Assembly (NCBI GenBank): GCA_009859145.1
Contig: VRVR01000011.1
Coordinates: forward strand, 136,097 to 200,096
Origin: Andalucia godoyi And28
Taxonomy: Eukaryota; Protista; Jakobida
DNA: 64,000 bases
Direction of reading: 5' to 3'
In this document: piece after piece, positions 42,101 through 50,131 of the stretch
Layout of the letters: every line of letters starts with the position of its first letter
How positions within the stretch are numbered: position 1 is the first letter of the stretch
Translations under genes and position numbers: made by a program
The notes under the pieces: model-generated
What the model was told of the DNA's origin: nothing
The model's database searches: none
What the model saw: the letters and a program-made list of their open reading frames with translations, nothing else

Positions 42101-42661
42101 CTTATCCCGGGAGGTTCTCAAGTCGCCGTCACAGAGGAGAATAAGAAGGAGTACGTGCAGTTATTAACTGCGTCTCGCATGACATCATCCATTGAAAAGC
42201 AAATCGAGGCTTTTGTTCGAGGATTCCGAGAAGTAGTTCCAATGGATTTGATTTCAATTTTCAACGAAGCCGAACTAGAACTCCTTCTCAACGGAATGCC
42301 GGATATTGACATTGCTGATTTGCGAACCAATACGTTGTATTCTGGATATAGTGCTTCCGATACTGCGATCACATGGTTCTGGCGCATCGTTGAATCGTTC
42401 GAGAAGGAAGACAAGGCCCGTCTCGTGCAGTTTGTGACGGGTACGTCGAAAGTCCCGTTGGGCGGTTTCAAGGAGTCGATGGGAATGAGCGGCCCGCAAA
42501 AGTTTTCCATTCACAGAATTCGAGGTCGTGAGGATGCGCTGCCGACTGCGCACACTTGCTTCAATCAGTTGGACCTGCCCGAATACTCTTCTGAAGAACT
42601 ACTGAGAGAACGTCTGTTGGTTGCGATTCGAGAAGGGGCGGAGGGTTTTGCGTTCGCCTAG
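33167..42661 (+). CDS. HUWE1: HUWE1/Tom1/UPL1-type HECT E3 ubiquitin ligase (3164 aa)
   Basis: N-terminal ARM-like region (LLYWVPVLNALD), a UBA domain (LTGMGFTEVQARNGL...EAMEWILSH), an acidic region, UBM repeats (IDAEFLAALPPELQAEVL) and a HECT domain ending LPTAHTCFNQLDLPEY...EGFAFA. Confidence 0.96.
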   Translation: MVRIKTRLNVSNPATELQKAISRLATCKSKQDWIAAWSDTSVLLHVKYSTRSRHDLLYWVPVLNALDASLADADPEDEEFVAVLLRIFRYLLVNASHSHYFSSYDTLRKLLFSPSLPVLNMALDLLLVLIRPPFRVKDQEFARFSPLIAVLSYSLPKDPIEKYRVGSIAFSSSEVVQVQSYAQLESWFSTIGAKEAGEDREEFKFAVWIRILQIRCETISSDRLHDYWSQIRFRACSILSFDRSNLTSVITVFHFHPNLLDEICDILLSPSALFTVKTAAVECLSGLFIDMDRSEVESALQQTQLGEFSGVFPTFLRNKAYLVVDNLPFLESLLECFILLSQSSTGLKALQSSKLIDFYANYFLSLSGDDIISFAKICSPVLDLLETFLSPGLNIPFPFIDLELKFLHTCVEWLKLRHFDQQSQFSDVSFACMQSCLIPALTAVCVALQSSQGNSFRAAVIASHFVADLDFLLSNFTAFDGIVVSFVVSALSAFLQQSPTSIPNLLPTGILQRVFDIFSLPADQLLMETVVVSMRFVSSVCLMEEGRALFRQNGQLSALSKFFTDPSYSLIASGKCAVTLGIHIEEFIRHNPEFVMDAAGQLHGILMSLVSLITDVCGPKTAAADLETVKLMAYNVVRVLDPVFSSRTSITLTLVEKGSLSAIANLLTNETVLTVFGDTLSQLVKLFAGPVGTRTASSVSILNELCKSVLSSPHPTNVKLLIVEKCLSILLIAVQDARSHDPQLLESIYRVLPLLKVPVSVFTPNAKPVVDREVFRFFRTVRSFVLHVVGRTSRLADSESLRFVQPTCLLFADLDPSCIKLASSLFDESGRFPKLEVLFDAFFSALNARLSVQTEATHRKEIAAAILPFVEKAFRYRAVASSAVLVSNKEFLGKWRNYCARLVLIFRDHQLWDASLCAVLSEIAFTFGKQWDSLVSPSTDAEPTSISAPDAPAIPRRSQTERRAARSAQREGQVQSFVQQLTGMGFTEVQARNGLRNVEYGDVVEAMEWILSHPYQSLEESSESTRPESALEASAISETSANLSADVVVPEGASALPLVVDTQGTATGSSAPFVDELVQTLNATIMSVLTREDSVHESRTACLLHLANFVSGAMNKESLRSSIDVASFYRNIQFCSVLANKSAVFRATLGEEFFSAMHHSFVNMLTQAKYSDDLAHDVASILLLLRWDPSGAHQLAVFAKTAFSVFCSSMIVVYAFLQSAVHVCRQSFSDANLIGEAISLDAIFSVPQIAKFDRFPVLLSALLRLTSEDEVTLQQSMEFEIRRIVTASKAKVFADLATFSSLASRSSVIFEKALLRTCIAVEGGIRLKTRDEVEGPYSNLSCSRRLRVVVERLISFLVDSVAAQNSTVVLQPEEVCVLLSDFVAAYPVAGPLVVSDERIFSTLFSLNLTDRHVGNLLVLLCGRTPSVTLSHLLLFLKSATDVDSISKVLSFLVTLINPKRSSSFRSKDLLYLMIFLGFPSVLISLPQKCNFSVPIVNTLTRCLSVLTKPENVQVSLVKNREKYEALLVQGRRREKVHFSNEEGEFSFVHEPGEDSDFSAINDRRLDSPVEAGSAEEDSGNDEEGEDTDGNGGVEEITILDQDGNPIDILDESSDDDSNTDSNDSVSDGENSDEDLDGDGEGMDTSQDIILQEVDRGAHFPGDDIGIQSDDDLNGDDDDDDDDDDDDDDEEEDGDRNRNEHGSADVDNMDRAMEDVLADLGENGDPTQSGDAAYVSEGAYDDVHMEFVLEDDDLFDFAIESPADILDLWDSEIGFQRRRSQPDQEFAPAINVAEQEIGFPRSYDPALASILLDEDVDPTPVRVDVIGNSDIRRSQSMDVDDILEPPTPAVAAGASASTIEADGNSALPYERSAVVHPFLTRLSAVENERARRASQPQSGRAAPAIFFEDVLLDLHSRRPIAGRSNRPHTHVDASSVRWSYGLEDDAETSSSPDVMPLLERVFSQMSHEHPHPPSQPQPSTELPPAVISSASTGSVAAASAVPDAFTGVAAAAEVIAPDVSNSQPVNPATSSVADEQSELQSLRTQAVSLGIDQDFVDALPLELLRDVVMERNRDRDRAAAAAATAAPVASSVAESSAAALNVSDVSARAADDGSHVHNEIQSQREAVISGDIDAEFLAALPPELQAEVLEQQRLLQQRAAEPSSPPARGPEDMDTASFIVSLPPELREDILLTTDPAVILQLPPHIQAEARALRERGARSLHSGHGLPRVVASHAGSFSIVRDGNNDDDDDDDDDDDDDDDNDDNDEVEDDDRHLAPFQIDDIGMEEDEDDTLVSPAGGSRRHGRTLADKKSAASNSSAAASPEFASLLTKLLADADVIACLQLERIPSDSDSTKFCLGDVADSFLSKPDIYSLVRILFIADPLQSQDLEVIFVNLMTIPETSALIVSALISVISPSFSEGPLLIQSNDRHLLDLKPFVAAFDKGDVSVAVRRATAVLFSALQSKSLNVPSFLLRSAHPISDGDFREFLRLIADGCFSGPQLVDDPRAHNLSFNGFVLPLTYLFDVIRDIPHESLINCVKLVSSCIRFIEKKSSALLKTFLRGLELHKGVADEVVKDRLATTLRHALLFSVSQSIRKESVRALVDLLCTHRNSEALMGVSRPILRCIGSSPVLCRLLCECVCGFVDRYASQIVADTSNISAIRALLRVLKLSSLLPTSLMPLLEGSVILNDLWKRMEDIPDPASRDALVEAYLTLCTMDVKLPMAPPEFITSATHPVAGASPEWHRQMHAFLEKHRQAVNDIVSRNPSLLSKKPFGVLLSFPRQLDFENKANWFRAQLRRALRHSPVDSVRITVRRQHIFEDSFFSLRIKTPEELRGPLTVRFDGEQGIDAGGVSREWFLVLSREMFNPNYALFCESHESATFQPNPASYVNPDHLEYLRFVGRVVGLAILNGHLLDAYFTRSFFKHMLGIPVTYHDIASIDPDFYNSLKWTLENDITGVLDLTFTNEVEEFGAKKVTELIPGGSQVAVTEENKKEYVQLLTASRMTSSIEKQIEAFVRGFREVVPMDLISIFNEAELELLLNGMPDIDIADLRTNTLYSGYSASDTAITWFWRIVESFEKEDKARLVQFVTGTSKVPLGGFKESMGMSGPQKFSIHRIRGREDALPTAHTCFNQLDLPEYSSEELLRERLLVAIREGAEGFAFA

Positions 42662-42871
42662 TGTTTACACTGTCTGCCCGTTTGTCTGGTTTTTTCCCCC
42701 ATGCATTCTTTCGCGCAGATCTGGTACGTCTTCTCCGTATTGCTCCATCTTTACTCGTGTACAAGTAATTTACATGTTTGCAGTAAAACGAATGTATGTT
42801 TCGTGTATCCCATTTTAATTTTGATCATTATTGCCATCGCTACCATTGCCATCACCACCACCACCAGCTCA

Positions 42872-43216
42872 TCAGCCTTTGCCATCGCGAGCCCCAATGC
42901 TTTCGGCCTCCTTCTTGAGCTTTCCCATTTGCGACCGTTGTTCCACATCCATCGTTTCCAATTCCTCAGTCGATAAATGACGTCCAATGTCGTCTAAATT
43001 GCTAGTTCTTCTCAGTTGATCCAGGTATTGTTGCCATTGACTCACAAATGGAACCGCATGTTGCTTCCCTGCTGTCTTGTGCAATTTGAATTCTTCGCGG
43101 ACATACTTGTCTCCAAGAATCCGCAGTGTCCGAGGCAGTGTTGTTCTGTGAGTTCGAAGGATGTCCCGATACAAATGAAGAACAGACTCCCTCCACGCAC
43201 CTGTCCCAAACGACAT
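42872..43216 (-). CDS. SDHAF3: Succinate dehydrogenase assembly factor 3 (Sdh7/ACN9, LYR family)
   Basis: LYRDILRTHRTTLP...LGDKYVREEFKLHK...FVSQWQQY; first ATG at 43216. Confidence 0.9.
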   Translation of the reverse strand: MSFGTGAWRESVLHLYRDILRTHRTTLPRTLRILGDKYVREEFKLHKTAGKQHAVPFVSQWQQYLDQLRRTSNLDDIGRHLSTEELETMDVEQRSQMGKLKKEAESIGARDGKG

Positions 43217-43500
43217 TCTCCCCAGCACCTAAAAGATATATGTGTATATATACTCCTCTCAATCGACCCGGTTTGTTGTTGTTTTGACTCGGCGAGTGTT
43301 TGAGCGTTGCACGCTTCATTCCTGCAGTCCTCATCAAACAAAAGCAGCATGAAGTGCAGTTGCTTACCGTAGTAGTCCGCGCAGCAATCTTTTCCGTCCA
43401 TTCCGGATATCCGGATTCCAGTTGACAGTTGGCGACTTGCCGTAGTCGTGCGTGCACGGAAGACAATGAGTTTTCCTCGCCTGCAGCCGCACGGAGTCGG

Positions 43501-43640
43501 CGTACATTTGGTCCACTAACCACGGATAAGTATCACTGATTACCCATAATCAATGCTGCAACCCAACAACATGCATAACATGACTGGGAAGGGGTAGGCC
43601 CCAACACGCCCCTCGGCATGAGAGACGTTCTTACGAGAGA
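43501..43640 (-). ncRNA. Candidate omegaRNA scaffold, subtype 1, of relic A
   Basis: Lies between the RuvC-III remnant and the right end. Predicted hairpins are GGGG-CCTA-CCCC, CCCAG/TTGGG enclosing CATGT/GCATG, and CATTGATTA/TAATCAGTG. Expression is not shown. Confidence 0.6.
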
Positions 43641-44182
43641 TGCAGATGTTGCGCGTGCCGTTCCAATCGCGGTCGATCGTGCAATTGCATGATGGGCAAC
43701 AAAACACCTTGGCGATCGTCGAAGACAGTTTGTCGGCAGCTGCTCTGCGGAGCGCATCGTCATGCACGTCGCGGGCAACGAAGCAGGTGGTGATGGCTCG
43801 TTCGACGTCGGCGAGGCAGTGTAGTGGTTTGATATTTATCCGCTGTAGTGGGTACATATCGCCAAATGTCGACACATAACGTTTGCAGCTTGGTTGCGCC
43901 CATGCAACCGTTGAGGTGAATCTGTGCCTTTCCTGTCTTTTGTGTTTCAATAAATTGGAGACCTTTTTCTTTATTGGTTATTGCCGTTACAGCAGTACAT
44001 GCGATGGGAGCCGGCGTGGATGCTGCGGATCGTTCCTGGCGGCGGTGGAGATGTCATGGGTCTTGCGCGGCGTTGCGGGCGTGACGTACATGGTGCGCTG
44101 CACGGACAGTAAAATAAAGATATGAAATGAGCGTCGCTGTGCGAGAATGCAACGCGGCTGTGTGTTTAGAGGGATTTCATGA
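43501..44182 (-). mobile_element. Fanzor2/IS607-TnpB-like relic A (internally deleted, non-autonomous)
   Basis: The minus strand encodes KVFCCPSCNCTIDRDWNGTRNI (43710-43645), a zinc-finger half plus the RuvC-III DRDxN motif. Both ends are shared with 57531-57762: 4 substitutions + 1 indel in ~84 nt on the left, 6 substitutions + 1 indel in ~116 nt on the right. Confidence 0.85.
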
Positions 44183-44509
44183 ATCCGCATCAGCACCCAT
44201 CAAATGTGCTATTTGAGTTGCACATTTGCGAGAGGAACTTGAGAATGCGTCCCCTACTTGAGTACCGAACTGCCGGGCTTGGACAAAGACGCCTCAAGTG
44301 GACATGGAAAACGAAAAAACTGGAAAAAAAGATCCGGCAGAGCGATTTACTTGGAGCAACATGGAAACTTTTTTAGGTTGCGGGGTAGTATCGCGAGAAG
44401 TGACAGCGGTGTTTTGTTTAATATTTTTTGTGTGTTTTAATTAATTTTGGTTTGACAAGGAGGCGTTACGAGAAGGAAGAAAACTGCACTCATCTGATTT
44501 ACTGTATGC

Positions 44510-45250
44510 ATGTTCCGATTGCCAAGACCGTTAACGATCCCAACTGTTTTTCTTGTGCGCCGTGTTGTTTCGAGGAGTACCTGTGTTGCAAGATCCATGA
44601 CTGATGATAGTGCTGCGCCGACTGCTGCGCAGGATGTGAAGAAATCAAAGATCTACACTCGGACGGGTGATCGTGGCACGTCGGGTCTGTTCAATGGCAC
44701 CCGAGCATCCAAGGACAATATGTTCTTTGAAGCACTTGGCACAACCGACGAGGTGAATGCGGTCCTTGGCGTTGCTCGCGAATACCTCCAATCACCAATA
44801 TCCAGTCTGCCGACCTCTGCTGTGCTTGCGACTCTCGACGAGCAACTTTCAGTGATTCAGTCGCGGCTTTTGGATCTCGGATCAGCCATCGCGACACCCA
44901 TTCCAACCTCGGATAGCGATCTTTTGAAAAGAGTGCAGTTTCCCCATGCCCACGTCGCGGATATTGAGAGCTGGATCGATGTGTGGGACTCGCAGTTACC
45001 ACCTCTCACCAACTTTATTCTTCCATCCGGCGGTCTTGCATCCGCTCATTTGCACCATGGTCGCACTGTTTGCCGACGAGCAGAGCGAAGTGTCGTCCAG
45101 CTTGTCCGCGAAGACCAGATTCCTGCAGTCGTTCAAATCTACCTAAACAGACTCTCCGATTACCTCTTTGTCGTGGCCCGCATCGCCGCAAAGGAACACG
45201 GTCGACCAGAACACGTATACAAGAAGCAAATCGCCGATACTTCACAATAA
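44510..45250 (+). CDS. MMAB: Mitochondrial ATP:cob(I)alamin adenosyltransferase (PduO type)
   Basis: KIYTRTGDRGTSGL, EALGTTDEVN, FILPSGG...AHLHHGRTVCRRAER and YLNRLSDYLF. Confidence 0.95.
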   Translation: MFRLPRPLTIPTVFLVRRVVSRSTCVARSMTDDSAAPTAAQDVKKSKIYTRTGDRGTSGLFNGTRASKDNMFFEALGTTDEVNAVLGVAREYLQSPISSLPTSAVLATLDEQLSVIQSRLLDLGSAIATPIPTSDSDLLKRVQFPHAHVADIESWIDVWDSQLPPLTNFILPSGGLASAHLHHGRTVCRRAERSVVQLVREDQIPAVVQIYLNRLSDYLFVVARIAAKEHGRPEHVYKKQIADTSQ

Positions 45251-45314
45251 ATGCACTTCTCGCACGATCCACCGTTGAGCACACATGATGTTGTTCCCAA
45301 GCTGAACTGTCGTA

Positions 45315-45803
45315 TCAGACTTCACCAGCAGCAGACGACGCAGACACAAAAGTTTGCCGCGCTGCCCTTCGTCTTGCACATTCTGCCTTTTCCAAAGCAT
45401 CATCGATGGATCGCAAATCGCAGTCCAAGATGTGCTTCCAAAGCAAAGCCGAATGTCGTAAAAGAGACACGGATGCGTTGAATAGCGCTTGCGGATCCGC
45501 GAAGCAGACGCTAGATGACCGGACAGTCGAGAGTGTGGTGGAGAGCACGAGAACCAAGGTTGAATCAAGAGACCCGATACGCTCGAGCGTTGCATCGAGA
45601 TCGCGGTCGCATGGACCCAGAGCCATCGCACGCGACTCCGCCTGCCGTAGCTCGGATAGCTCCGAGACAGACTCCATCGACGATGCAGCAACTGCAGACG
45701 ATACCGCAGGAACAAGATGCGAAAGACTCGCCAAGTGATTATGAATGTCCATACATTGCGTCCGGTACTGCACAATCCATTTTCGCAAACTCGACTCGGT
45801 CAT
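45315..45803 (-). CDS. Hypothetical protein (162 aa)
   Basis: ATG 45803 (MTESSLRKW) follows a T-rich leader; coding-like composition; convergent with MMAB; no family recognised. Confidence 0.5.
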   Translation of the reverse strand: MTESSLRKWIVQYRTQCMDIHNHLASLSHLVPAVSSAVAASSMESVSELSELRQAESRAMALGPCDRDLDATLERIGSLDSTLVLVLSTTLSTVRSSSVCFADPQALFNASVSLLRHSALLWKHILDCDLRSIDDALEKAECARRRAARQTFVSASSAAGEV

Positions 45804-46262
45804 CTGTACGCAAAGGCCTATGTCATTGATCGAGCACGTGACTCCTGTGTTTCCTTGGTTTCCTTGGTTTTTTGTTTTTTTTTTGTTTTTGTTTTGTAGT
45901 AGTAGTAGTAGTAGTAGTTGTTGTTGTTGTTCATCAATTTGCATCCTTTCCCCGGAGCAAAAGATTGCGATTTCGAAAAAAAATGAACTCAAGTGGACTC
46001 ACTTATTGTAGTGCCACGGTTTCTTAAGGGTTTTGCAGCGTTGGACGTCTTTGGTGAGCTCACATTGAGGTCGATTGTTCCCGATTCCCCAATAGCATTT
46101 CCGTTCTTATTTTATTTATTTTATTTGTTTTGTTTCGCAGGTTTTCTGCAAAGATTGACGATCTTTTTCTCGGTTTTTTTGGGGGGGTTTTTTTCTCCTG
46201 CGTCTTCCTTCTTTCCCATCCACATTGTTGCTTGTGCGACCGAGAGAGTTGGTGTTCCTACT

Positions 46263-48785
46263 ATGGCGGCTCGAGCTCTGCGAAAACAGCGTGAAATTGC
46301 AGAAGGCGCAACTACATATACATCAAACAAGAAGCGATCAAAAGACGCAGATGTTCCAAATGTGCCTGTTGCAGAGGAAGAAACATTGTCCATTTCACCG
46401 GAAGAAGATGATATGGTTACTGCACGCGGAAGCACGTCGTTGTTTTCGCTGTTGAGAAATCAGGAGGATGAACTAGTGGACGTCAGCGAAGACGAAAGCG
46501 AGAATGACGCAGAAGGAAGCAGGACGGAGTCATTAACTGCAAAGTCAAAGAAGAGCGATGGTCACAGGAAGAATAAGAAGGGTAGCGAAAAGGGAAAGGA
46601 CAGGGGCAGGGGCAGGGGCACAGGGGTGAAGCAGGAGCCAGGAAAGAGAAAACAAGGATCTGCACGTCCTTCTGTCGAGGAAGCCTCTCAATGGAGCGCT
46701 GGGAATCGAAGTACTGCAAAGGATGCCGATGACACGGATGACGCCCTGCAATTGGGGGAAGACGGTTCCGACGATGAGGAATTCGACAGGGTGCTGAGCT
46801 CGATGAACATGCATGCTGTTGGCGGGGCACCAGGTCTGGGGCAAGCTGGTGGGGAGATCGGTGTTGTCAAGTTGGCGACATCGGTGTCGATCGATTCGAG
46901 ATATCTGTATCCCGAGAAGGAATTGAAATCCAAGTTTGGTGATGCAAGTATCGGTTTTCGAGAAACATCGGAAGCTGCGAATGAACACCTCCCTTCGGCG
47001 ATTTTGTATGGATCGACACTGGAGGAAACCATCGCAATGCGTAGGATCCTCAATGATGCGCATGCGCCCCAGAAGCGACGGGGCGTCATGGTGCGGAACC
47101 CAAAGTTTGTGAGGCCCAACATGTCTTGGCCGGCGCTGCTTGAGCACGGATTCCGATTTGTGAATTTGAGTAGGTTGTCTGGCTCGCGGAAGGACGCTTC
47201 TGCATCCTTTGACATCTCGGACACAGAAATGACAGAAATGAAGGCTCGGTGGGATCGTGACGAGCTTCTGCGGTCTTTGATTGAGAAGGACAAATCGTGT
47301 GGGTCCATGGACCAGCTGCAAGTGTGGACCATGATTCCATCTGCAGAGACGAAGCGGCTGCAGCCGGCGTTGGATGAGTGCATTGCGAGTGGAGATCCCA
47401 ATGCTCTTGTTACGTTTGTCTCCATGCACCAGCCGTACAATGTGGATGCGAATCTACGCATTGCTTCGTTCTTGTCCACCGTTGCGGCGCAAGCATCGGA
47501 TGCCATTCCATTCATGGACAGGGCCCTTTTGGCACTGGAGTCAGCTGCGTCCGCGTCAAGATTTGATGTCTGCTCTCGACCGCTACGATCTGTGCTTCCC
47601 TATGACTGCTTCCCCAATAGCAGATCGTTTCACATTGCGCTCTGTCGCCACGCGCAATCTCTTGCGAAGCGAGCTTGTGTGAAAACCGCGCTCGAGGTTT
47701 CAAAGTATCTTTATATGCTGGATCCGTCGGACCCCACGTACGCACTGCTTTCGATGGATTGGTATGCAATGCGTGCTTCGGCGTTTGATTTTATTGTCGA
47801 TTTTGAGCGAGATGTGTTGCGTGCCAGATATGCCCCTCTGTCGTATCTTCCCAACTGGGTATATGCAGTTCCATATGCGACTTTCAAGCTGCTTTATGCG
47901 CAAAGGAAACCGCAAGGGGCTGCAGTGGACAGCGACAGCAGCAGCTCCAACGCCAACGACCTGACGTTTGCGGGTGCCAGATCTGCACTTCGTCGGGCAT
48001 TGATATTGTATCCCTACGTATTTCACGTGTTTCTGCAATCCTGCGTGCCATCGCTGTTCACACGTGAGGCAGATCGCGAGGCGTTCAAAAAGCTTCTTTC
48101 TTCCGTTCTCTTTGATCGTGTTGTGTCTCGCGAATGGATGCTGTTCCAGCGTATTGTATCTTCATTTTCTTCTCGAATTCTCGATGCTTGGAAGCGGGAT
48201 GAAGAGTGGCTTTCTTTCCTCGTGCAAGAGGCGCTGTCCGTGTCTGTCGAATTCGACAGCTATCAGCACACTCGCCGCCAGGGCTCTCGTCATTCCGGGA
48301 CCTCAGTACTCGATCAGTATCTGGAGGAGCGCACTGTACTCGAGAAAGACATCGAGGCCTGCTCCGTCCTCTTCCTCCGTTATGCGACGGTCACGTCCGA
48401 CTCGGTGCAGGCTCATTTCGAGCCAGTTCCAGAAGATCGATCCGTCCTCTCTCTCTTAGAACGCGGCCGCAACTCCGCGTCTCTCTTCTCCCCGTCATCC
48501 TCTGGGAATCCGACCGATACGGGGTCGTCTTCTGCAGCGCACGACGTCAGGATGGCCGGCTCCACTTCCACGGAAACCGACAGAATTGCGTCCGAATGGA
48601 TCCACTCGGAGCTGCACGGAACAGGGACCGGCGGAGTGCGAGAGTCCGTTCGACGGGGCATCTCGTTGATTCGCGCGTTTGCTTCGTCCATGATGCCATG
48701 GAACACCATGGACGAGCGAGCGGTGCACGCCTTGGCTCTGTTTCACGAGTTCCAACGGCAGTTCCATACTCGACTGTATGAGTAA
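46263..48785 (+). CDS. TCF25: TCF25/Rqc1 ribosome quality control factor
   Basis: Starts MAARALRKQRE; contains HQPYNVDANL and CVKTALEVSKYLYMLDPSDPTYALLSMDWYAMRA and PNWVYAVPYA. Confidence 0.88.
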   Translation: MAARALRKQREIAEGATTYTSNKKRSKDADVPNVPVAEEETLSISPEEDDMVTARGSTSLFSLLRNQEDELVDVSEDESENDAEGSRTESLTAKSKKSDGHRKNKKGSEKGKDRGRGRGTGVKQEPGKRKQGSARPSVEEASQWSAGNRSTAKDADDTDDALQLGEDGSDDEEFDRVLSSMNMHAVGGAPGLGQAGGEIGVVKLATSVSIDSRYLYPEKELKSKFGDASIGFRETSEAANEHLPSAILYGSTLEETIAMRRILNDAHAPQKRRGVMVRNPKFVRPNMSWPALLEHGFRFVNLSRLSGSRKDASASFDISDTEMTEMKARWDRDELLRSLIEKDKSCGSMDQLQVWTMIPSAETKRLQPALDECIASGDPNALVTFVSMHQPYNVDANLRIASFLSTVAAQASDAIPFMDRALLALESAASASRFDVCSRPLRSVLPYDCFPNSRSFHIALCRHAQSLAKRACVKTALEVSKYLYMLDPSDPTYALLSMDWYAMRASAFDFIVDFERDVLRARYAPLSYLPNWVYAVPYATFKLLYAQRKPQGAAVDSDSSSSNANDLTFAGARSALRRALILYPYVFHVFLQSCVPSLFTREADREAFKKLLSSVLFDRVVSREWMLFQRIVSSFSSRILDAWKRDEEWLSFLVQEALSVSVEFDSYQHTRRQGSRHSGTSVLDQYLEERTVLEKDIEACSVLFLRYATVTSDSVQAHFEPVPEDRSVLSLLERGRNSASLFSPSSSGNPTDTGSSSAAHDVRMAGSTSTETDRIASEWIHSELHGTGTGGVRESVRRGISLIRAFASSMMPWNTMDERAVHALALFHEFQRQFHTRLYE

Positions 48786-50096
48786 ACGAAAAGAAAACAA
48801 GACCATTCAGCATGTTCAGTGTGTATGAGCAATCTGAGCGAGCAGATGGGAACCCGAAGAAAAAAAGGGGGAGGGAAGAAGCAAAGTCCGAGGGGGCCGC
48901 GTGCTTCTTTTTTTGGTATGTTGAACCTCGGCACTCGCACGAATTGGCAATCGAAGACAGCAAAAGAAGAAAAGACAGTCGAAGAGAACCAGAAGAGCCA
49001 GAATCAAAAAAAAGTGCGTGGCTGGGAAAAGATGTCGCTTTCCTCTCCTCTCCATGATTCATCGAATCTTCCCATAATTTTTTTGTTTGCTTGGGGGAGG
49101 GGGGCCAAGTGGGCAGCGAGGGGAACATCGCCCAAAACCGGAACGGAGTGTGTTTTGCTCCGACAGCAGTTCAACATGGAAGCCGACATGTCGACCGAAA
49201 AAAGTGTTGTTCCGACACCAGCTGATTTTGACAGATTTCCCGCAAATCAACGAAAACAAAAAAAGAAGGAGAAGAGAGAAGTTGATGCCCATCGCTCGAG
49301 ACTCGAGACTCGAGACTGGACCTCTTTTGAGTCGGACATAAGTATTTGGACACTATTTTTTCGTTTTGGCCAGCTTCTGTTCACATCTTCGTTTATGGTT
49401 TTCTCCTTATTTTCTATTTCTTTCTGCATTGCTTCCTTTCATACTTCAGTTTCAGTCTCTGTTGCTAGATGCCTTTGGTCCTTTCCCTCTGCTCTTGTTT
49501 CTTCATCATCTCATAAGCACTTTTTGTTTTAAGTATAGTTTTTTTTCATTCAAAAAGAAAAGAAGAAGAAAAATACTTTGATTACCAGTCGTGTAGAGAA
49601 TCCATCAAGACGGGAACCGAATCTTCTTTCCTCTTCTTCTTGTCAAAAAGAGAAAAAAGAACAACAGCAACAAAATACACTTCACCAAAAACAAACAGGT
49701 TTGGGTGAGGGGAAAACTCGCGGATCTGTGTGTTTTCCTCGGTTTTTTCCCCAATATTTTTGTTCGATTTGGCTTTTGCTAGTTTTTGTCAGGTTTTTCA
49801 TCTTCATTTTTGTATTGCGTGCTTTATTTTCTTTTTTGTTTGGTTTTCTTTGGTGTCAAAATATCAACAACCGGTGTTCGAAGTTTTTGTCCTTTGTGTG
49901 CGTGCGTGTGTTTGTTTTTGTTTGTCTGCAGGTTGGTTGGTAGAGTATACATAGTTTTTTGGGCGTATTTTTTGTGATTTTGATTTGAATTTTGGTGTTT
50001 AGCATCGTTTGCTCTGTACCTAATATTGTCTGTGGGTTTCGTTTGATTGTTGTAGTATTTTTTAATTGTTTGTGTGTGTGGGTGAGACAGAAGAGA

Positions 50097-50121
50097 AGAG
50101 AGAGAGAGAGAGAGAGAGAGA
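50097..50121 (+). repeat. (GA)n microsatellite 10 nt upstream of the Mei2-like ATG
   Basis: Seen directly in the sequence. Confidence 0.9.
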
Positions 50122-50131
50122 TATTTGAATC

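Noticed and set aside
43229-43253. Possible 25-nt GT..AG mini-intron extending SDHAF3 upstream
   Set aside because: The donor is weak, the intron would be very short, and the unspliced ATG at 43216 already gives a family-typical N-terminus.
48790-50130. ORFs of 60-237 aa in the TCF25-Mei2 gap
   Set aside because: Low-complexity T/A-tract translations with no motifs; more likely UTR and promoter sequence.
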